Assembly (NCBI GenBank): GCA_016213525.1
Contig: JACRAE010000005.1
Span: 83,405 to 143,404, forward strand
DNA: 60,000 nt
Reading direction: 5' to 3'
From: Candidatus Aenigmatarchaeota archaeon
GTDB taxonomy: Archaea > Aenigmatarchaeota > Aenigmatarchaeia > CG10238-14 > SCSR01
In this document: positions 53,846 through 60,000 of the stretch, piece by piece
How positions within the stretch are numbered: position 1 is the stretch's first letter
Layout: the number at the start of each line of letters is the position of its first letter
Translations under genes and position numbers: made by a program
Notes under the pieces: model-generated
The model's database searches: none
Seen by the model: only the letters and a program-made list of their open reading frames with translations
What the model was told of the DNA's origin: nothing

Positions 53846-54385
53846 TCACTCCTGGAACAGGAGCCCCATCACGTCGTCCGTCAGCTTGCCTTCCCTGTTG
53901 ATCGATATCTTCGACTTCTCACCGGTCACGAAAACGTCGGGTCTCTTCTTTGCTCGGGACTCTATGATGGCCGGGCTTATCTGATAACCCTTCCATTCCC
54001 TGATTATACTCGATATCTCGGCAGGCGTGTACCTGTTGTTCCCGAGGACAAGCGCGATGGTCGCGTCTATTTTGCTTATAACCCTCTGATACTCGGCGTT
54101 GTCCTTGAAGCCCCTCTTCACGGCGAGGCTGTTCTGATATTCCACGTAGCTCCCGAACCCCCTCTTCTTCGCCAGATAATAATTGTACTTCGTCTTGCTC
54201 TCAAACCCCCTGTCCACCGTGACGCGGTGCTTCTGGTACTCCGTGTAGTTCTCGAACCCCTTGTTCCTGGCCAGCTCGTCGTTGTGCTCCGTCCGGCTCC
54301 CGAACCCCCTCTTCCCAGCCCAGTGATTGTTGTATTCCCTCCAGCTCCCGAATCCCTTAGGCGGTCTCTGTCCCATGAAAGGCAT
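53846..54385 (-). CDS. Hypothetical protein with 16-aa tandem repeats and possible C-terminal HTH
   Basis: Six units of [K/R]GF-x-[S/N]-x-x-EY; C-terminal 'YTPAEISSII...ISPAIIE'. Confidence 0.65.
   Translation of the reverse strand: MPFMGQRPPKGFGSWREYNNHWAGKRGFGSRTEHNDELARNKGFENYTEYQKHRVTVDRGFESKTKYNYYLAKKRGFGSYVEYQNSLAVKRGFKDNAEYQRVISKIDATIALVLGNNRYTPAEISSIIREWKGYQISPAIIESRAKKRPDVFVTGEKSKISINREGKLTDDVMGLLFQE
54086..54358 (-). repeat. Coding tandem repeat, about 48-51 nt period
   Basis: Recurrent gaaccccctctt-type motif on +; protein units KGFGSWREYNNHWAGK / RGFGSRTEHNDELARN / ... / RGFGSYVEYQNSLAVK. Confidence 0.8.
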
Positions 54386-54410
54386 AACGCCGGAGAGGGT
54401 TAAATATCCG

Positions 54411-54447
54411 AAGAAAAAGAAAAGCCCGGGCGGCCGAAACCGCCCGG
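54411..54447 (-). terminator. Hairpin plus U-tract terminator for the Cys-rich gene
   Basis: Perfect 8-bp stem CCGGGCGG/CCGCCCGG (54426-54447) followed on - by a T-rich run, 10 nt after the stop codon. Confidence 0.7.
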
Positions 54448-54457
54448 CAGTAAAAAT

Positions 54458-54826
54458 CTATTCCTCCATTATCTCCTTCAGCTTGGCGCGCAGCTCCTCG
54501 CCCTTCCTCTCGGCTTCCTGAGCATCTTTGAACTTGCCCAGCGAGGCTTCGACCACGAGCTCGGCTATCCTGTCCAGCTTGGCTCCCTCCATCTTCTCCA
54601 CCCTCGACCTTATCCTGTCGAACAGGGCGGACTTGTGGGCGAACATGGCCATCTGGATCAGCTTGTCCTGCATCGCCTCGTAGAAGTCGCCCGAACCGCA
54701 TCCGCAGTTTTCCTGCCCGCATCCGCAGCTCTGTGACTCGCACCCGCAGTTCTCCGTCCCGCATACGCAGGACTTCGACTCGCACGCGCAGCTACTCCCG
54801 CAACTTGTCTCGCAATTGTCTCCCAT
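54458..54826 (-). CDS. Cys-rich metallothionein-like N-domain fused to a helical domain
   Basis: 12 Cys in residues 5-43 with five CxC units at 7-aa period; GGAGGTGA SD upstream. Confidence 0.8.
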   Translation of the reverse strand: MGDNCETSCGSSCACESKSCVCGTENCGCESQSCGCGQENCGCGSGDFYEAMQDKLIQMAMFAHKSALFDRIRSRVEKMEGAKLDRIAELVVEASLGKFKDAQEAERKGEELRAKLKEIMEE

Positions 54827-54844
54827 TTTCTTGTCACCTCCAAA

Positions 54845-54900
54845 TATCGGATGTCCTATACTTGGGGCCTCATCTATATAAACGTATCGGACGTCCTATA
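54845..54900. promoter_or_regulatory. Twin quasi-palindromic operators flanking a TATA box in a divergent promoter
   Basis: TATCGGATGTCCTATA (54845-54860) and TATCGGACGTCCTATA (54885-54900), 40 nt apart, with TATATAAA between them. Confidence 0.8.
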
Positions 54901-54939
54901 TGTAAGGGGGTCATGATTAAGGTGTGCGGAAACGAAGGT

Positions 54940-55272
54940 ATGAGCAGGGAAGATATGAAAGATGGATGCGGCTGCGACATGAGGGGTATGCTCTCCTTCA
55001 TGGTGCTATGGCTTTTGTCGAAGAGGAAGATGCACGGCGAGGAGATAGCGGAGGAGATAGGCAAGAGAAGGGGTGACAAGCCGTCCGCGGGAACCATATA
55101 CCCGGCGCTGAAGGTCCTGAAGGACAACGGACTAATCAGGGGCGAGAAGAGCGGCAAGAAGATTGTCTACTCGCTGACAGCGTCCGGGAAGAAGGTCTCG
55201 GTGAGCTCGATGCAGTACTTCCACAGGGTCTTCCACGACATCATCGACGACTGCAGGGGCATGAAGTGCTAG
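54940..55272 (+). CDS. PadR-family transcriptional regulator with N-terminal CGC
   Basis: 'MRGMLSF.VL.LL', 'HGEEI', 'PSAGTIYPALK.L...GLI', 'YSLT.SG'. Confidence 0.9.
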   Translation: MSREDMKDGCGCDMRGMLSFMVLWLLSKRKMHGEEIAEEIGKRRGDKPSAGTIYPALKVLKDNGLIRGEKSGKKIVYSLTASGKKVSVSSMQYFHRVFHDIIDDCRGMKC

Positions 55273-55326
55273 CCGCAATCTGGGAAAACGTTTATATGCG
55301 GTCCTGCCGATTTCTGGTTTGATAGC

Positions 55327-55935
55327 ATGAAGAACAAGGCGGTAGTCCCGATAATTATTGTGACCTTGGCAGTAGCCGGGGTGCTCGCGTTCTTCTTGAA
55401 CCAAATGACTCTAGCCCCGGCGACGAGCCAGGAGATGGTATCAAAGGACGCCTCGGCGGCCGGCGGCACCATGCCCGAGGGCTCGCCACTGCCTGAAGAC
55501 GGGGGCATGATAGGTGGGGATGCGGTTGCAAACGATGGCTCAATGATGAAGGATGTTTCTTATTCGGGCGAGGTGATTGCGGGTTCCGAGACGCCGTACA
55601 TCAGGTACAACAGGGCGGACTTCGACAGAGCGCTCTCCGAGGGCAAGTCCGTCTACGTCTACGTCTATGCGACGTGGTGCCCGACCTGCGCGGCGGAGAG
55701 GCCTAAGGTCATGCAGGCGTTCAACGAGCTGGGCGAGACGGGCGTCGTAGGGTTCGAGGCGCACTGGAACGACGGCCAGAACACCCAGGAGGACAACGAC
55801 TTCGAGAGGAACTACGGCGTCACGTCGCAGCACACGAGCCTGTTCATAGGCAGCGACGGCAAGCTGGTCGAGAAGAGCCTGAACACAATCGAGGTTGGGG
55901 CATTCAAGGCGAAGCTCGCCGCCTTCGGAGCTTAG
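55327..55935 (+). CDS. Membrane-anchored thioredoxin-family protein
   Basis: N-terminal TM, 'YATWCPTC', 'YGVTSQHT'. Confidence 0.88.
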   Translation: MKNKAVVPIIIVTLAVAGVLAFFLNQMTLAPATSQEMVSKDASAAGGTMPEGSPLPEDGGMIGGDAVANDGSMMKDVSYSGEVIAGSETPYIRYNRADFDRALSEGKSVYVYVYATWCPTCAAERPKVMQAFNELGETGVVGFEAHWNDGQNTQEDNDFERNYGVTSQHTSLFIGSDGKLVEKSLNTIEVGAFKAKLAAFGA

Positions 55936-55940
55936 TCTGT

Positions 55941-56669
55941 ATGGCAGAGATAACCATTTTGATAGCGTTCCTCGCCGGCATAGTCTCGTTCCTCTCGCCG
56001 TGCATACTCCCGCTCGTTCCCGCCTACCTGTCCTTCCTCGCGGGCACCAGCGTGTCGGACGCGAAGAAGAAAGTGGTCGACAAGAAAAAGATCATAATCA
56101 GCTCCGTCTTCTTCGTCCTCGGGTTCTCGCTCATTTTCTCGGTGGTCGGCGTGGTGCTGAACAGCCTGCTCGGCTCCGCGGCGTTCGATGTCAGGATATG
56201 GCTCTCCAGGATCGGCGGCGCGGTGATAATCGTCTTCGGCCTCTACCTCACCGGCATACTGAGGAGGGCGCTCGAGGCCCTTAACATAAACTACCTGAGC
56301 CAGACGCACAGGCTCCAACCCAAGAGGTACGGGTCCAGCTACCTCACGTCCTTCGTCTTCGGGGTGGCCTTCGCCATAGGCTGGACGCCCTGCGTCGGGG
56401 CGATACTCGGCGGCATACTCACGCTCGCCATCACGGAGCCCGCCTCGGCGTTCAACCTGATGCTCGCGTACTCTCTGGGCATAGGCATACCGTTCATAGT
56501 CGCGGGCGGGTTCATCTCGCAGATGGCGGGATTCATCGTCAAGTACTCCGGCTTCATGGGCAAGTTCACCATAGTGATGGGCTTCGTGCTGATTGCGCTC
56601 GGCGTCCTAGTGATGACGGGATACATAGGCGCGATAGCGTTCTTCGTGCCGATGGGACTCGGGGGATAG
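55941..56669 (+). CDS. ccdA: CcdA/DsbD transmembrane electron transporter
   Basis: 'AFLAG..SFLSPCILPLVPAYL', 'FA.GWTPCVG.IL', 'YSLG.GIP'. Confidence 0.92.
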   Translation: MAEITILIAFLAGIVSFLSPCILPLVPAYLSFLAGTSVSDAKKKVVDKKKIIISSVFFVLGFSLIFSVVGVVLNSLLGSAAFDVRIWLSRIGGAVIIVFGLYLTGILRRALEALNINYLSQTHRLQPKRYGSSYLTSFVFGVAFAIGWTPCVGAILGGILTLAITEPASAFNLMLAYSLGIGIPFIVAGGFISQMAGFIVKYSGFMGKFTIVMGFVLIALGVLVMTGYIGAIAFFVPMGLGG

Positions 56670-56672
56670 GGC

Positions 56673-57824
56673 ATGAGCACGAGGAGTCCCCATTCCGGCG
56701 GCGGGACGGACTACAGGCTGCCGATTATAATCATAGCGTGCGTCATCGGCGTCATCGTGGCGGTGAACGTTCTGCTGCCCACAGCGCCGCCCAGGCCGAC
56801 TTCCCTGCCTTCGGCCGGGCAGGAAAATGCCGCGGAGCAGATTGCAGAAGACGTGATATCCAAGAGCACTTACTTCACCCAGTCGCAGAAGCAGGTGATG
56901 TTCCCGCGCGCGCCGGAGCTCGCCGGAATATCCGGGTACATCAACGCGGACGAGTCGATATCGATCAGGAAGTTCGTCGAGGAGGGTAACGTCGTGCTCG
57001 TCGACTTCTGGACGTACTCGTGCATCAACTGCCAAAGAACGACCCCGTACCTGAATTCCTGGAATGAGAGGTACGGCGGCAAGGGCCTTGTCATTGTCGG
57101 CGTGCACACGCCCGAGTTCGAGTTCGAGAAGGACCGCGCCAACGTGGTGAGGAACATGGAGAGCTTGGGGATCAAGTACGCCGTCGTGCAGGACAACGAC
57201 TACGCGACCTGGAGGGCGTACGACAACCGCTACTGGCCGAGGAAGTACATCGTCGACATAGACGGCTTCGTCCGCTACGACCACATCGGCGAGGGCGCGT
57301 ACGACCAGACGGAGGCGGTGATACAGGACCTGCTGATGGAGAGGGCGGATAGGATGGGCGAGGAGGTCGCGATGCCCGACGAAGCGCCGATTATAGCGGG
57401 GGACACGGACTTCTCGCAGATCAGGTCGCCGGAGGTTTACTTCGGGTACAAGTTCGCCAGGCAAGACCTGGGCAACGCGGGCGGCTTCCAGCGCGAGTCG
57501 GAATACGAGTACGAGCTGCCCGTCGAGGGGTCGTGGAAGCAGAACGTGCCCTATCTGGGCGGTACCTGGTACCAGAACGCGGACTCGTCGGACCTGTTCT
57601 CCGACAAGGGCGAGGTCGGGCTGAGGTACTCGGCGAAGAAGGTCAACATAGTCGCGGGCGGCAGCGGGAGGGTCACGGCGTTCGTGGACGGGGAGTACGC
57701 GGGGAACGTCACCATAGCAGGCGACACCCTGTACAACGTGGTCTCGTCCCAGGGCTATGGAGAGCACTCTCTGAGGCTGCTGTTCGAGGGCCCAGTCAAG
57801 ATGTACACGTTCACGTTCGGCTGA
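56673..57824 (+). CDS. Redoxin with DipZ-like C-terminal domain
   Basis: TM anchor, 'VLVDFWTYSCINC', 'GVHTPEF.FE', 'YWPR.Y', 'SPE.Y.GY', C-terminal 'YTFTFG'. Confidence 0.9.
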   Translation: MSTRSPHSGGGTDYRLPIIIIACVIGVIVAVNVLLPTAPPRPTSLPSAGQENAAEQIAEDVISKSTYFTQSQKQVMFPRAPELAGISGYINADESISIRKFVEEGNVVLVDFWTYSCINCQRTTPYLNSWNERYGGKGLVIVGVHTPEFEFEKDRANVVRNMESLGIKYAVVQDNDYATWRAYDNRYWPRKYIVDIDGFVRYDHIGEGAYDQTEAVIQDLLMERADRMGEEVAMPDEAPIIAGDTDFSQIRSPEVYFGYKFARQDLGNAGGFQRESEYEYELPVEGSWKQNVPYLGGTWYQNADSSDLFSDKGEVGLRYSAKKVNIVAGGSGRVTAFVDGEYAGNVTIAGDTLYNVVSSQGYGEHSLRLLFEGPVKMYTFTFG

Positions 57825-57861
57825 ATCCAAATTATAAATCAGAGTCCCGCGAATCTAGGGT

Positions 57862-58746
57862 ATGCTCTGGCTTATTTTCTCAGTGCTCGCGGCGCTGCTC
57901 TTCGCGGCGTCCAGCATGGTCGACAAGTACTTCATGGGGAGGTTGGTCAGGAACCCGATGGTGCCCGTGATGTTCTCCGGCATAATCGGGGGAGCGATAG
58001 GCGCTGCGATGCTCGTCTCCAGCGGCGCGCCGGCCATGTCCTATTCCGGCATGTTCCTGTCCTTCGTCTCTGCGGCGTCGTTCACGCTGACGCTGCTGTT
58101 CTACTTCATGGCCGTGAAGCTGGAGGAGATCTCAAGGATCTCGGCGGTGTTCTACGTGTCCCCGATAATGGTTATGGTCCTGGCGTCCGTCTTCCTCAAC
58201 GAGTCCCTAGTTCCGTATGCATACCTGGGCGTCGTGCTGCTCGCGGGCGGCGCGATGCTGATGTCCTTCCGGGAAAAGATAGGGTTCAGGTTCGGGAAGG
58301 CGTTCTGGCTGATAATGGCAGCCGCGGCCTGCACGGCGGTCGGAGTCGTGATAACGAAGCACCTGCTCGGGTCGAACGACTACACGGCGGTCTACTCCTA
58401 TACCAGGCTGTGGGGGCTCGCAATAGTGATCCCGGCGGTGGCGCTGAACTTCAAGGACCTGTCGGGGATATTCAGGCCGGGACTGAGGAAGACCCTCGGG
58501 GCCGTTTCGCTGAGCGAGGGGCTGACGCAGGCGGCATTGTTCTGCGCCATACTCGCGTCCTCTCTCGGGATGGTGACGCTGACGAACGCGGTCGGGTCGA
58601 TACAGCCGCTCTTCGTCCTTTTGTTCGCGGTTTGTCTGAGTATCTTCCATCCCAAGATTCTGAGGGAGGAGATAGGGAGGAACATGCTGCTGGTGAAGGT
58701 TGCCGCGGTGGCTCTGATAGTGGCCGGGGCCGTGCTCGTTTCCTGA
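57862..58746 (+). CDS. EamA/DMT-family transporter
   Basis: About 10 TM in two repeats, 'FL.ESL', 'QPLFVL'. Confidence 0.85.
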   Translation: MLWLIFSVLAALLFAASSMVDKYFMGRLVRNPMVPVMFSGIIGGAIGAAMLVSSGAPAMSYSGMFLSFVSAASFTLTLLFYFMAVKLEEISRISAVFYVSPIMVMVLASVFLNESLVPYAYLGVVLLAGGAMLMSFREKIGFRFGKAFWLIMAAAACTAVGVVITKHLLGSNDYTAVYSYTRLWGLAIVIPAVALNFKDLSGIFRPGLRKTLGAVSLSEGLTQAALFCAILASSLGMVTLTNAVGSIQPLFVLLFAVCLSIFHPKILREEIGRNMLLVKVAAVALIVAGAVLVS

Positions 58747-58791
58747 GCCTCCGCAAAACTTTTAATCCTTGGGAAGCCTCTATTGATTCTC

Positions 58792-60000
58792 ATGGGATTC
58801 CTATCGGGCATTTTTGGGAGGGGCAAGGAGCCTGAGCAGAAGGGCGCCAGCGACGTCTCTGCATCAGAACTCACTGGTAGGCTGGAGTCGAGGCTCGCGG
58901 AGCTGGAGCTGTCCTTCGGCCCCGACATGAAGAAGCTCCACGACAAGATTCTGGCGTCGACGAAGGACCTTTCTGAATCCATGGCTAGGCTCGAGGCCGC
59001 CAAGTGCGCCACGAAGATAGATGACGCGGTGATGAAGCTCGCGACCAGCTTCCGCGCCTCCCTGATCAAGTCATTCAACCAGCCGTTCATGGACGCGGCC
59101 AAGCCCACGGAGCACGGGATGGAGCCGTTCAAGAGATACTTCGCAAAACTGTCGGCTTCGCTGGTGGAGGCGGAGAAGGACGCGATGAGGTACGTCCCGC
59201 CGATGAAGGATGTCTTTCCGGGCGAGACGAGGGACATGTTGAAGAAGGTCGATAAACTGGAGGAGGTGATCACGGAAGTGAAGGAGTTTTTGGAGGCAAA
59301 GGCAGCACAGTCAGGGCCATTATCCGTAGCCCTTGCAGACTCTAGGGATCTCGAGGCGGAGCTTGCCAAGGCCGCTCAGCTCGAGGCGAGGATGAAGGAC
59401 CTTGAGACGGACCTTTCGCAGCTGACGGCATCGAAACAGGCGAACGAAGCGAAGATATCGGAGCTGATGAGGAGCGAGTTGTGGGCCGGCCACATGGCGA
59501 GGAAGGGGGAGCTGTCGCAGCTGAAGAGGAGGACGGAGGACGTGAGGAACCTAATCGTGCAGACAATCATTTCCATGGACAGGCCGATGAAGAGACTGAG
59601 GAAGGCCGTGATAGACGGGAGGGAGACGGTGGAGGGGCCGGGTATCCTTGAGTCATACATAGGGAACCCGTTCGAGGCGTTCCAGCAGGACGACGGCACA
59701 AATCTAGAGGAGTTCGTGACGAAGATCTCCGCCCTGTCTAAGAGGGGCGAGATGGAGCTGGAGGAGAAGGAGAGGAGGATGTTCGAGAAGGCTTCGGAGC
59801 TGAACGAGATGCTGGCGAAGATGAGGGCCGACTACGGGGGTCTGGAGAGGGAGACGGCGAGGTTGGAAGAGGAACTGGCCACGTCCGAGGTCGTGCTGAC
59901 GAACAGCAGGCTGAGCGAGGAGATGAGGCTCGCGGACCTTAAAATCTCCGCCAACGGGGAGGACAAGGCTAAGGTGCAGTCCATGCTGGCGAAGTCCAAG
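58792..60000 (+). CDS. Long coiled-coil hypothetical protein (truncated by window end; not in ORF track)
   Basis: MGFLSGIFGRGKEPE... reads open to the window end; Glu/Lys/Leu heptad-rich. Confidence 0.7.
   Translation, partial: MGFLSGIFGRGKEPEQKGASDVSASELTGRLESRLAELELSFGPDMKKLHDKILASTKDLSESMARLEAAKCATKIDDAVMKLATSFRASLIKSFNQPFMDAAKPTEHGMEPFKRYFAKLSASLVEAEKDAMRYVPPMKDVFPGETRDMLKKVDKLEEVITEVKEFLEAKAAQSGPLSVALADSRDLEAELAKAAQLEARMKDLETDLSQLTASKQANEAKISELMRSELWAGHMARKGELSQLKRRTEDVRNLIVQTIISMDRPMKRLRKAVIDGRETVEGPGILESYIGNPFEAFQQDDGTNLEEFVTKISALSKRGEMELEEKERRMFEKASELNEMLAKMRADYGGLERETARLEEELATSEVVLTNSRLSEEMRLADLKISANGEDKAKVQSMLAKSK

Noticed and set aside
26674-54814. Short periodic repeats considered as possible CRISPR arrays
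   Set aside because: All are in-frame coding repeats without unique spacers, and there are no cas genes in the window.

Overview
Archaeal core-genome window, most likely DPANN. This rests on the single-chain PriS-PriL fused primase; the phylum cannot be fixed from sequence alone. About half of the window is the S10/spc ribosomal-protein superoperon, split into two divergent halves: uL3 to uS14 on +, and uS8 to SecY/eL14/Cbf5 on -. It is interrupted by inserted genes, including a near-complete ether-lipid/isoprenoid module (ferredoxin, GGGP synthase, CruF-like hydratase, DGGGP synthase, GG reductase, polyprenyl synthase, a second UbiA and a PAP2-like protein). The rest encodes SerRS, TyrRS, CysRS, iPGM, enolase, replication/transcription genes (GINS, primase, RPA3-like, PCNA, TFS, a TFB paralogue), transporters and a metal/redox block (Cys-rich protein, PadR with twin operators, CcdA and two thioredoxins). 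Four tRNAs were read by eye: Gly-CCC, Ser-TGA, Gly-TCC and Cys-GCA. The most striking observation is the 70-nt intron of tRNA-Ser(TGA), which has complete box C/D guide RNA architecture (C, 12 nt, D', C', 12 nt, D). Its guides look complementary to conserved 16S rRNA segments rather than to the host tRNA anticodon. uS14, eL40 and the final ORF are missing from the supplied ORF track and were translated by hand. No CRISPR array, rRNA, transposase or integrase was seen. All product calls come from motif recognition, not database searches.
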